DNA of 61,443 bases from Salisapilia sapeloensis CBS 127946 (taxonomy: Eukaryota > Protista > Oomycota): contig JAADVB010000097.1 in assembly GCA_023334545.1 (NCBI GenBank), positions 1 to 61,443 of the forward strand, written 5' to 3'. Positions 39,822 to 50,113 of this stretch are shown piece after piece. The position numbers and the translations under genes are program-made. Position 1 is the first letter of the stretch. Each line of letters starts with the position of its first letter. The notes beneath the pieces were generated by a model that did no database searches, had not been told where the DNA came from, and saw nothing but the letters and a program-made list of their open reading frames with translations.

Positions 39822-40430
39822 TCAAGGCATGTAGCTTAGGAAGTGCACGACGAAGGCAAAGAGCAAGCTCAGCTTCATCAGCTCCAGAATTGCATACACG
39901 AAGTAGTAGACTGAAGAAGGCTTGCCGCTCATTTCGACCTCGTGTTCAATCTCTGTCCGCACCATTTTCTGGTGGAAGCTAAGTGAGTCATCCGGCACGT
40001 CCCGTAGTTCCAGCATGAGTGCATGCTCTGCTCTCAAGTTCACTTTTGGGTACAAGAAGAGGACTTGGATTACGAGGATGAACGTCAAGATGATGAGGAG
40101 CGCAGTGTGATTGCCAATGTCGTCCGTGTCCGATACTGCAACGTTCACGAGCCAAAGGCTAAAGCACAGTGCCACTTCCACTGCGTTTAATCCAGCAAAC
40201 ACTGTGCGCCCAACGTCAAGAGCGTAATGGTGAGGAGCAAACGGCGCTCGGAATTTGAGCCAGGTCTCAGTGCAGGAGATGGCGAGCACGAATCCGATCC
40301 AGATCATGGCTAAGAAAGTTTGCGACGCTCCTTTGGACAAAACTCCAAAGCCTGCGAGCAGTGCGAAGAGCACGCCTGTGCCGGTGTAGGCTCCCGCGAG
40401 TGCGAAGCGTTCGATTGCGAAAAGCATCAT
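39822..40430 (-). CDS. Multi-pass membrane protein with a bacterial-like WxGFVxAISxxExxLKFRAP motif (DUF4149/TMEM205-like fold suspected)
   Basis: MIWIGFVLAISCTETWLKFRAP...LDVGRTVFAGLNAVE and 5-6 hydrophobic segments. ATG taken at 40430. Confidence 0.7.
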   Translation of the reverse strand: MMLFAIERFALAGAYTGTGVLFALLAGFGVLSKGASQTFLAMIWIGFVLAISCTETWLKFRAPFAPHHYALDVGRTVFAGLNAVEVALCFSLWLVNVAVSDTDDIGNHTALLIILTFILVIQVLFLYPKVNLRAEHALMLELRDVPDDSLSFHQKMVRTEIEHEVEMSGKPSSVYYFVYAILELMKLSLLFAFVVHFLSYMP

Positions 40431-41283
40431 TTTGCGTTTGTCAGAAAGATCTGCGGTTGTAAACTGAAAAAGTAGGTACTTGCACGAACCACCGGCGCTT
40501 ACTGTCAATTGGAGCACTTTCAAATTGGATTCAAAGTATCTTTGTGTGCAGACCGATGCAAGATCCGATTTAGATGTGCAGGATCGACCACTTGTTTTTT
40601 CACGATGTCACATGAAAGATATCTTTTCCGAGAAGCACGATTATCCTTCGTTTGAACCACTTCAAATATCCAAGCAAAGATTGTCTGTGAGAATGGAACT
40701 GAACGCTGTGAATATCTTTTAGGCACATATATGGCATGAAAGAGACTATCTATATCCAATCCGAATATATGTGACGGTCAGCTTTCATGCGATGCTAGTG
40801 AGTAGACACGCTGAGACGCTCTTCAACTATCTTTCTACTTGGTACTCGACCGGCGTTCTACTAGGAATGATACAGCAACAGGACGACGCAGAGATTTATT
40901 GAGCCAGTTAAGTTTGCCTTAAATCTACCACTTAGCTGTGCAAGAATATCTTTGTGTAAGACATGATGCATCCTGCCACCTCTCATCGACAAGAAGTAAC
41001 TCAGGAGTGCATAGTAAGATGGCTCGTTATGCACCAAGGTTAGTCAAGGTCTAAGCGACAAGAAAGCCTCCCACTACCCCCTCTGTGACTTTTGATTACT
41101 CATCGACACCTCGGCTTCAGCTAAAAGAGGTCATGGCATACTATACTGCTTACATCAAGTGTTTGACAAGAGACGAAAGAGCAACGTACAATTCAAGATG
41201 ACTTCATTTATTCAAAGTTCAATTTTCACAATTTCGAACGTCACAACGGACTGTACGTACACTTTACCAAATTCGCATCCATC

Positions 41284-43147
41284 CTATTCAGCTCCAGGCT
41301 GAGTCTGCTGCTGCCGCATCTTCCGACGTTGTTCAATGACGAGTCTGGCCAATTTCTCTCTCGCCCCCATGAGCGTCTGCTTGGTGTAATTGTCCATTCG
41401 TTGGTGCATCTGGTTGCTCAGCCGAGGACTCGTGGGGAGACTGCGTGGACTTACCATGCCAGGACGCTCGACTTCCCAATGGGACGGTCGAGGGTCGAAC
41501 CGGACCACAACGTCAAATGCATTCGTAGAGACTTCATGGTGCATAAGCAGTCTCATGATTTTCAAAATTCGGTCAGGAACAACGGACCGTCCTTCCGCGT
41601 ACGACAGCACGTACACATCTTCTTCATCGTCTCCATTGTCCGAGGTACCAAAGCCAAAGCCTGATCCTCTCCTTGGTATCAACGAAGAATATGGAGTTGT
41701 GATGGGTGTCTGAGAACCTCCGCCCCACGCCCCCATCTTCTGCATCGACCGCTTCACCAGCGTCTCCACATCACTAATTTTATCCAAACTACCTGCTACG
41801 AGAGGCGTCGGGAGAGTCGAAAGGACCTTATCAACCGAGTAGGAGATGACGGCCGGGTGGGACTGGAGCCACTGCTGCCGTCGCTTTTCAACCGTCGGAC
41901 AGGCGCCTGATCGGTGGTCTCCAACTTGTCCACACACGCGACACAAGTGCTCTTTGGATGAGTGCAATGCCTCTTTTCCACACAATTCGCAAAACTGTTT
42001 CTCGCTCTTGGGCCCAATGAACGAGTTGCTGTCCGTCTCGTCGTCGCTCGCTCCGTCCGGACAGTCAGAGCTTCGGTGGCGTCCGACTTGACTGCACCGT
42101 CGACAAATGTGCTCACTCGTTTTGTGAGACCGCCAAGCACGACACAATTCACAAAACTGGCTGGCACTCGCATCCTCAGTCGGTACAATCGCAGGTTTCT
42201 GCTCACAGTCCCTGCTGCGATGGTTGCCGACAGATCCGCAGATTTTGCACTGATGTTGGATAGTGTCGTGTCTAGCCCATCGGCTGCAGAGAGAGCAATA
42301 GTGGGCAAAGATAAGCTTGCTTCGAGGCTTAGGGAATGGTTCCGTCGGACTGTTCGAGGAATTGGCTCGTGTGTGCCGACGCTGACAGTTGCTGCTGCGG
42401 TGGTGACCAGATATACCGCAGATACGGCATCGATGCTGACGTGTCGTGTGGTCTCCATACGTAGCACATAGACGACAGAACTGGACGCCTCGCTGTGGAT
42501 TTCGATTGAGCTGGAACGAAAGAGGAGCTTTTCGACGGACTTTGGTCAGAACGAGCTTCACTATACCACCTGTGGTACTGTCCAAGACGTCAATGAGCTC
42601 CATGACTCGGTATGGATGGTAGGATGTCGGAGACGCTGGCGTCAGTGATACAGGAGACGTCGGAGGAGCTGCGTCAGCTACAATAGGACAGATATGAGTA
42701 TAGCTAGACCTGTATGAAAACTAAGCAGGAAGTACATTGTCGACGTCTGTCTTCACTTTCGACAGTCTCTAGGATTTCGTCCATGATGGCATCGTTTGCT
42801 GCACTGGCGATTCTGTCCATGTCAGCCTTACTCATCAAGAGTTCTCGCACGCGGGACACCTCTACCAGCCGTTCTAGCAGCGCATTGCTGGCATTCGGGT
42901 CCTTGCGTTTAGTGAGCAGAGCAAGCAGACCTCCTTCCTTCGATTGGATAGAAGTGCTTTCGTCAGGAGCTTCCGACAGCTCATTCTGTGGGTACGTCTG
43001 CACCACGCGTTCTTCATCGCGTGGCTCGTCTTGTGCCTGGATGTAATCGGAAGTGGCGTTGTCGTCACTCTCGTAGTAGTCCACAGGCGATGTGGACTCT
43101 GGTGACCGTGCCGAAGCGTCCGCCGGGAACGTCTGGAAGCTGATCAT
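41284..43147 (-). CDS. Protein with four tandem double zinc-knuckle repeats (two-exon model, ~601 aa)
   Basis: Intron 42678-42735 (GTACTT...TTAG, 58 nt) joins ORF 42704-43279 in frame to ORF 41284-42603 (RRRQ-S-DAAPPT...YRVMEL). The four Cys/His repeats are read directly from the translation. Confidence 0.75.
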
Positions 43148-43300
43148 GCTGAAAACGCCGGTCGCAGTCCCGATTTCGAAGTCACACAAGAATCTTTGTT
43201 TTTGTATGCCATAAGCAGGAGACGACACGAGCTTCAACCAAAACCAAATGGAGCGCAAAGGCAAAGAAAAGAGAGGCAAAACGATTTATCTTTCGTCATC

Positions 43301-44815
43301 TTACTCGTTCGACCGATTGTCCACGGCACGGGCGCATCGCTGGATGTGATTCAAAAAGAACTGGCCGGGTCGCTGGTGGCTCTGCTCCTCGTCCACGCGC
43401 ACGATGCCATCCTCCAGGTGGAAACGCGCGTCGCTCTTGCCGCCAACACGCTCGCTCTCGACCATGGCATTCTTCCTCGCCATCAACTCACAACGCGCAG
43501 TCTCGACATCGACTTCCCGGAAGCTAGCCAGCTTCTCGAGATCCAGCGACCGGTACAGCTTGATGTACGAACGCAGGGACGGCACGGCTGCCATGCGGCT
43601 GACGATGCCCTTAAAGTGCTGCAGCTGGAGGGTCTGTGCTTTCTTGGCAGCGTCCTCTTCATCCGCCGCACCAGGGAGAATGAACTTGGGTGCAGCAAAG
43701 GAGAAAAGCTCGTCCAAGGCACTGAGGTCTCCCTTCTGAAGTTTTGTCTGCTTATCGCCGTGCTTGTCACGGATGAGCGAAAGGAGCTGGTCGCCCACGG
43801 CGTGACCAGGACTCAGGTGCAGCGCCACCGCCAGCAATGCGAGCGCCTTGTCCGCCAGCTTGTAGATCTGGTCGGCGTCGGCGGCACTGGCGAAGATGTT
43901 GCGGCTGCGGTGGACGTGGAGGACGATGGTCGAGAGAGACCGGATGGCTCCCGACAAGTCCTGTAGCATCAGCTGCGCAAAGCCTAGGTGGTAGTAGACC
44001 GACACGTGGGCCATCGGAGCCTTTTCGTGCAGTTTCATAGTGCTGTTGTCGCCGGACTTGGACGTTGTCTTCTTGGTCGTGAGCTGGAGAGGCTGCAAGA
44101 GCTGGATAGCAGTGTAGTAGTCTCCGAAGAGGACGTGGGCACGGGAGAGCGAGACGAGACTGAAAAAGCCTAGCTGCTTGAGCACTTCCGACGGACCGTC
44201 CTTGGCTTCCTGTCCCGTGGTCAAGATGTCCAGGATCTTGGACTTGTTGATGAGCGCTTGGAGGTAGTTGAGGACCGTGGGCGTGTCCCAAATGGGCGTC
44301 TGCGTCACTGCCTTCATTTCGTCCTCAACCTTTTGACCGTGCTTGGCGCGGTGCTGACACAAACTCTGGTACTGGTACACGAATTCTCCGACAATGTCAA
44401 AAGCCCACTGCGGTGGCAAGACGTCGACGTCGAGAGAGCCATCGAGGATGCCGTCAAAGATAGCACAATGGGTCTGCCACGACGCGAGCTTGCTCTCAGC
44501 TCCCGGCTGGAGACGGGAGAACATATGGCGGAAGTAGATCTGCTTGTAGAGAAGGAGGAAGACTTGGTCATCGTCCACGAGCGACGCGATGGCGTCCGGC
44601 TCTGGCCATTGCGACTGCTTAAAGTAGTTGTTGGTGAGCTGCGGGAAGTCTCGGTCGTAAAGCTTCGCCATGTCGGCGACGTTGCCTCCTAGGAGCGCCG
44701 TGTAGACATGGGAGAACCAGCTCTTGACACTCTCAGGCAGGAGGAAGTCGGCCGGTTTTTCGTCGCGCTCCATGATCTCTGCTTTGGTTGTTTGGTGGCC
44801 AAGGCCTTTCGGCAT
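43301..44815 (-). CDS. EIF3L: Eukaryotic translation initiation factor 3 subunit L
   Basis: YFKQSQWPEPDAI, FLLLYKQIYFRHMF, LGFFSLVSLSRAHVLFGDYYTAI, YHLGFAQLML, LRSYIKLY. Confidence 0.92.
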   Translation of the reverse strand: MPKGLGHQTTKAEIMERDEKPADFLLPESVKSWFSHVYTALLGGNVADMAKLYDRDFPQLTNNYFKQSQWPEPDAIASLVDDDQVFLLLYKQIYFRHMFSRLQPGAESKLASWQTHCAIFDGILDGSLDVDVLPPQWAFDIVGEFVYQYQSLCQHRAKHGQKVEDEMKAVTQTPIWDTPTVLNYLQALINKSKILDILTTGQEAKDGPSEVLKQLGFFSLVSLSRAHVLFGDYYTAIQLLQPLQLTTKKTTSKSGDNSTMKLHEKAPMAHVSVYYHLGFAQLMLQDLSGAIRSLSTIVLHVHRSRNIFASAADADQIYKLADKALALLAVALHLSPGHAVGDQLLSLIRDKHGDKQTKLQKGDLSALDELFSFAAPKFILPGAADEEDAAKKAQTLQLQHFKGIVSRMAAVPSLRSYIKLYRSLDLEKLASFREVDVETARCELMARKNAMVESERVGGKSDARFHLEDGIVRVDEEQSHQRPGQFFLNHIQRCARAVDNRSNE

Positions 44816-44914
44816 GGAATGACAAAAAGAGAGGTCTAAGTCAGCTGGGAAGAAAAGACGTTTGACAGAAAGAGAGAGATCTGATAACACCGAGTGTCGT
44901 TACGCCTCGAGTAG

Positions 44915-47900
44915 ATGGAGAGGCAGCGAGCTGTGGTCTACCCGAGAGAGTTCCGAGATGGAGAATTGCGGCATCGGAAGCGGAAGAGAAATACCAAGGT
45001 TACAGCATGGTTCGACCTGCCACCGCTTTCGCCCTCCAACCAAGACATTCGACAGAGTCACGAGGTGGATGCGTTCCGACTGCCCAAGCCGTCGTACTTG
45101 ACGCCACTTGCCTCGCAACCGCCCAGCATTGGTATTCAGCCACCTATATTAGGCTACAAGAGAGACATTGCAAGTAAAGAAAAGCAAGGTGCTAAGAGAT
45201 TGTTCACTGTCAAGTTGGAAAAGATCGAGAGCAAGGCTGGACTTCGAAAGCAGCTATGGGAAGACCTGGAGCGTTACGGACTATGGCAAATTCCTCTGCC
45301 TAAGTTTTCATCTGTCAAAAGTTACCCGGAAGAATGGAAAGACGAGTCGGTGGAACAGGCAGTGGATGCGATTTGGAATCAGTGGTCGGAGCATCGACCG
45401 GAAGCTTTCTCCCCAGCTACGGAAACTGTTGCAATTCAGAATCAATATGAGCAGAATCAGGTCAAGGATGAGCAAGTTCTGGAGGATGGCTTTGAAGATT
45501 TCATACAGGATGAAAGCATTGATGAAGCAGACACGGTCTTCATGACATCCGTCAAGCCAGAGTCCAAGCCTCTTCCAGACCCTGATTCTGGTAGCTACAA
45601 GGCTGTGACAGAGACTCCCGAAGTACAGAATGACGCTGGAGAAGAGACCACGCTAGAAATTTACAGCGATGGTAGCCCTCGTGTCGAAGTGCCAGACAAT
45701 AGCACTGATACTCTTTCCTTGACTCCAGCCCCACGCCCAGAGTATCGTCTTCCTGGCATGCAACGACGGGAGCGGTTGAGAGAACTGCACCAGTTTGTTG
45801 AAACACAGCTACAGAAGCGACTGTATCGGCATTGGGATAACATTGAGATCTCCTTGTCTGGAAGTGGGGACTTGACAGCAGCTCAGGTCGTCAAGTTTTT
45901 AACCCATTCGGACGTACAGCTCAAGTCGACCGACGCGGCAAGAGTTAAGGAAATACTGGAGAAGCACGTTGACAGCACAGCTGAAAAAGAACCATCGGAT
46001 ATGGAAGGTAGTCACAGAGTAGCAAGGCGGAAGAAGACCGTGACGTATGAAGACTTCAAACAGCTATTTCATCCTCGAGACGTTAAGCAGGCAGCCTTGT
46101 GGAGACGCCAGTTTGACCGGGAGAAGGCTCGAGCGAAACAGGAAAAAGAGATTTACCAGAGGGAACTCGCAGCTCTGGAGGCCAAAGTGCAGAAGCGACT
46201 TGCCATAGCGTCAAAGAAGCTGATCGACTTGGTCAGCGCCTTTAAGCTCGTAAAGAGAGAGATTCCGTGGAAATCTTCGTACGAACGTCAGGAGTGGCGA
46301 AAGAGACTGATGCAAATGATCTTCACGAAACCTGTTCGGAGAGGCGAAAGTAGTGAGCAAAAAGCAGAGAACGTGGCATCTAACGACAGCAACTCTGTCG
46401 TGCCCATCCGACAAAGTGTCCGCGTGATCTATTCGGCTCTCTTGCAAAAGTTTTCGCGGAATGGACACTTTGAAGACCTAGATCTTCCAATCGTTATCTG
46501 GATGTTCCACGACTTGGCTGCGGAGCGAATGCAAAGCGCAGTTCGGACCTACTGGGAGAAGCTCAAGACGGAGTCCTGGCCCGAGCGGCAAATGTTTCTC
46601 CAGTTCCGTCGGAAGAAGACGGTGTTTTTGGCCTGGAAACACTTTACGAAGCACGCAGACTTGTTGCGTAGGTACGTCCTCCGTAAGTTCGTGGCATGGG
46701 CGTACGTGACGAGGGTGACGGCAAGACATAACAAGTTCTTCCAGACCGCCTTCTGGCCGTTGTACGTCTGGAAGAGGTACCTGCAGCGGACGATTATTGC
46801 GAGAGGAAAGAGTGCTTTCTTATGCGAAGTGCTGGCGTCGTACATTCAACTACGAAACTTTAGAGCATGGAAGGGGAGGTTCAGGAGGAATAAGTGTCAG
46901 AAGCGACAGATCGTACGCGTACGAAAGAAGAAGGAGCGGACTGTGATTCGGTTGTGCTGGACGGACTGGGCCAATCGAACCAGGAGCAATCGTTGGGTCC
47001 GTCAGTTGTGGACTACCAACGGCCATTTCTTACAGCAATTTCACAAGTTACGCACGGTCCGACTGACGTGGTTCCTGCTTCGGTACAATGCTATCTTGAA
47101 GAAAGATGCACGAGCTCGACAATACTTGATCGTACCAGAGTTCCGAGCGACAGCAAGTACACAAAAGGAAAGCGGGTCTGCAGCGTCTGCGTCCAGTCGA
47201 CGCCTTTCGTTCTTTGGCTCCGATCGGAGGGTTAGCAATTCGCAACAGCAAGATAACGGAATAGCACTTCGTCGCATCATGGAGACGCCTCTGGCAGACA
47301 AGATAAAGAACCGGAGCCAAGAGTACGCATTGTGTCTGCAGCTATATCTGAACTTTCGGGAGAAGGATCGGCGGCAACAGGCGGAGAACACAGTTGTCTT
47401 CCAGCGCATCGGTCGAGCCTTTCTTACGAAACTAAGAAGTGAGAGGGAAGCAGGCAAGAGGAAACGATTTGCTCTTGTTCTCGGAGAGTATCGAATCCTC
47501 CACGAGAGATTCCGAACGTGGTTCTTCTTTGCGTTGTACAAACCTGCTCATGACTCCTCGACGGCACTGGTGAACGAGGTTAAGAGTAGCGACAGCAAGA
47601 TGGAACAGCGGCAGAAAAAAGCCGAACTACACTGGAAGAAAGATCGCAAGTGGAGATTGCATGCACTCAAGACAGCTCCGCTGCTGTCTCTCCAGCTAAA
47701 GAAGGAGATCCAGCAGGTCGAGGCGAACGACATTCGATGGATGACGCTCGTAGTGAATCGAGAGCAGGCGCTAATCGAAAAGGAAGAGGCAGAGGCAGCT
47801 GACTTCCAGGCTGGCCAGTATGCTACATTAAGAGTCAAGGCTCAGCTGCTGAAGCGGTCACAGACGTTGCTTCAGATGCGATCGTTCCGACTGCATGATG

Positions 47901-48718
47901 CCTTGGACGTTGGATTCACTAACCTCCGAGTTCTACAGTACGCGCATCGGCTGCGGACGAGTTTCCGAGGGCTGCGTACTTTTGTAATGAGCAAAAGAGT
48001 GCAGAAGCGAGGAAATCGGTGCAAGCTTCGGAATTGGATCCGGATCTGCCATCGGTTTGCTTTCTGGTATGCCAACGCCCATCGCTTCTACATCCGAAAG
48101 CTCCAGTACACTTGCTTCCAACGGCTTTTGCTCCGAGTTTTGTGGAAGTTTGCTCACGAAACGGTAGGCTTGTCAGAGTATTTAAAGAGACGACAAGTGT
48201 TGGTAAGCAAGTACGAAAAGTACTTGGAAGCACAAGGTGTGTTTGATGAGAAGAGTGCGGCGCATCAACTAGTCGAGACGAAGCATTCTTGTGCGAATTC
48301 ACTGCGAGGAGTCTTCCTCCGTTGGGTTCAACAAACGCAGCTATCACAAGCGACAAATAAGCTGGTTGCAGCGAATCGAAGGAAGCTCCGAGTTGCCTAC
48401 TTGAGGCGCATCTTCATGGCTTTACACAGCAAGGTTCGAACATATTACTTTGCCCTGGAACGTCGACAGCGGCAGCCTTATATAGTGCGTCAGTGTGATG
48501 CTGACATGGACGCCATTCGTTGCAAAGTGCTTCAGACGCATGCTCACGGACGAGTGACGGCGTTGACGAATCAGCTGCGAGGGAAGAGATGGTCACTTGA
48601 GCGGAGTGCTGTGGGTATTTCGACACTCCGAAAGCAGTATGTCAAACGACAGATTGCAGCAGGAAGACAAAGCGAGTGCGAACGCCGACGTCTGTTGCAG
48701 AGCATCTTGGACGAGTAA
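44915..48718 (+). CDS. Large basic helical protein with Sfi1-like (centrin-binding) Trp repeats
   Basis: Recurring F/L-x2-W-K/R units (VFLAWKHF, KFVAWAYV, LYVWKRY, NFRAWKGR, WTDWANR, VFLRWVQ) in a 1267-aa Arg/Lys-rich ORF. Confidence 0.55.
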   Translation: MERQRAVVYPREFRDGELRHRKRKRNTKVTAWFDLPPLSPSNQDIRQSHEVDAFRLPKPSYLTPLASQPPSIGIQPPILGYKRDIASKEKQGAKRLFTVKLEKIESKAGLRKQLWEDLERYGLWQIPLPKFSSVKSYPEEWKDESVEQAVDAIWNQWSEHRPEAFSPATETVAIQNQYEQNQVKDEQVLEDGFEDFIQDESIDEADTVFMTSVKPESKPLPDPDSGSYKAVTETPEVQNDAGEETTLEIYSDGSPRVEVPDNSTDTLSLTPAPRPEYRLPGMQRRERLRELHQFVETQLQKRLYRHWDNIEISLSGSGDLTAAQVVKFLTHSDVQLKSTDAARVKEILEKHVDSTAEKEPSDMEGSHRVARRKKTVTYEDFKQLFHPRDVKQAALWRRQFDREKARAKQEKEIYQRELAALEAKVQKRLAIASKKLIDLVSAFKLVKREIPWKSSYERQEWRKRLMQMIFTKPVRRGESSEQKAENVASNDSNSVVPIRQSVRVIYSALLQKFSRNGHFEDLDLPIVIWMFHDLAAERMQSAVRTYWEKLKTESWPERQMFLQFRRKKTVFLAWKHFTKHADLLRRYVLRKFVAWAYVTRVTARHNKFFQTAFWPLYVWKRYLQRTIIARGKSAFLCEVLASYIQLRNFRAWKGRFRRNKCQKRQIVRVRKKKERTVIRLCWTDWANRTRSNRWVRQLWTTNGHFLQQFHKLRTVRLTWFLLRYNAILKKDARARQYLIVPEFRATASTQKESGSAASASSRRLSFFGSDRRVSNSQQQDNGIALRRIMETPLADKIKNRSQEYALCLQLYLNFREKDRRQQAENTVVFQRIGRAFLTKLRSEREAGKRKRFALVLGEYRILHERFRTWFFFALYKPAHDSSTALVNEVKSSDSKMEQRQKKAELHWKKDRKWRLHALKTAPLLSLQLKKEIQQVEANDIRWMTLVVNREQALIEKEEAEAADFQAGQYATLRVKAQLLKRSQTLLQMRSFRLHDALDVGFTNLRVLQYAHRLRTSFRGLRTFVMSKRVQKRGNRCKLRNWIRICHRFAFWYANAHRFYIRKLQYTCFQRLLLRVLWKFAHETVGLSEYLKRRQVLVSKYEKYLEAQGVFDEKSAAHQLVETKHSCANSLRGVFLRWVQQTQLSQATNKLVAANRRKLRVAYLRRIFMALHSKVRTYYFALERRQRQPYIVRQCDADMDAIRCKVLQTHAHGRVTALTNQLRGKRWSLERSAVGISTLRKQYVKRQIAAGRQSECERRRLLQSILDE

Positions 48719-48836
48719 CAAGTAGAAATCTAAATGAACTATCCGAATGGCTTTCTAGGTAGGTGTGCACATTTGTATTCGATGTAGATTTGCAACTAGA
48801 TCAGAACGCCGTTGGAAATCTTGAGGAAGAGGACGC

Positions 48837-49925
48837 ATGAGTGAGCACGACACCGCCGTCATGGCCACGTCGTCAGACGCAGCGCTCTGCAAGCTGTCTG
48901 CCAGCTCTGTAGGCTACTTTTCTGACCCTTTCGTGCAGTATTTCGTCAAGAATGCTTCACGTCGGATGCCTATCATCAATCGTGGATACTATGCTCGAGT
49001 GAGGGCGATCCACTCGCTCGTCTCGAACTTTATTCGACAGCACAGTGCTGGAAAGTGCCAGGTCGTGAGTCTCGGAGCTGGACTTGACACGCTCTTCTTT
49101 CGCATGAAGCACGATAAGGACCCTCAGGTGGATCCGAGTCACGTCACGTATTGTGAAGTGGATTTCCCGGACATTACGATGCGAAAGTTGATGGCGCTGA
49201 ATCGGCGGAAAGCCATGAGCTCTTTAATAAAGCTCGATGAAGACGAGGCATTTCGAGCAGCCATGGGAGCAGGTACGAACTCGTAGTGTTCAGGAGGCAG
49301 GAAGATGATTTAAAAAGTATGTAGGCGGATCGGAGCTTCATACGGACGGCTACCACTTGATCGCATGCGATTTGAGAGACACAAACAAGCTTCAGATGAA
49401 GTTGGAAGCGTGTGGGCTAGACTCTGGGTAAGTTGCGTCTTCACTTGTGTCTCGTAGTCCTGAGCTCAACGTGCTTGTAGAGTGCCGACGCTCTTCTTGT
49501 CCGAATGCGTCTTTATCTACATGGAGGCGGAGCACTCTCAGCAACTGGTCAACTGGGCAGGCGATCTCTTCCAAGATGTAAGCTTCGTCTTATACGAGCA
49601 GATTCTCCCAGACGACGCTTTCGGCCAAGTGATGCTCCAGAACATCAAGGCTCGTGGGTGCGACCTCCTGAGCATCCACGACTACCCGAGTCTACAAGCG
49701 CAGAAAGAAAGGTTCACGTCCCTCGGCTTTGGTCACGTCGATGCAAAGGACTTGAACGACATTTACTATCACTTCCTCGACGCCAAGGACCGGGAGGAGA
49801 AAGAGAAGCTGGAAATCTTTGACGAAGTGGAGGAGTTCCATCTTCTCCAGGCGCACTACTGTGTGGTGGTGGCGAGCAAGAAGGCGGATGGCGTGGCTGC
49901 ACGAGCCCTGTCGCTTGCTGGCTAG
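48837..49925 (+). CDS. LCMT1: Leucine carboxyl methyltransferase 1 (PP2A methyltransferase), three exons
   Basis: GYFSDPF, PIINRGYYAR, QVVSLGAGLDT, EVDFP, PTLFLSECVFIYM, DAFGQVM, FDEVEE. Introns 49273-49324 and 49428-49480. Confidence 0.93.
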
Positions 49926-50113
49926 TGGGATGTAAACGAACGAAATAAAAACCTAGGTTGCGATCCTTGGCGTGGGCAGTCGGTGGAGGGTTGAACGGAT
50001 CGATATATTGACTGACTACTGTAGGGGAGGGTGGAAGCAGGCCAATGTCTTGCTTCTTGCGTCTACGCCTGAGAGAGCACGGAAGGATACTGCTGGTACG
50101 AGGTAGGAGTAAA

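Noticed and set aside
41899-42477. Zinc knuckles as a retrotransposon gag remnant
   Set aside because: Spacing is non-retroviral, there is no protease, RT or integrase nearby and no LTRs, and the gene has a normal spliceosomal intron.
14464-49925. PP2A/STRIPAK cluster (MOB4 + LCMT1) and endosomal cluster (VPS2, AP4B1, FYVE myosin, PX protein)
   Set aside because: The genes are separated by unrelated loci, and such categories are common enough to co-occur by chance in 60 kb.
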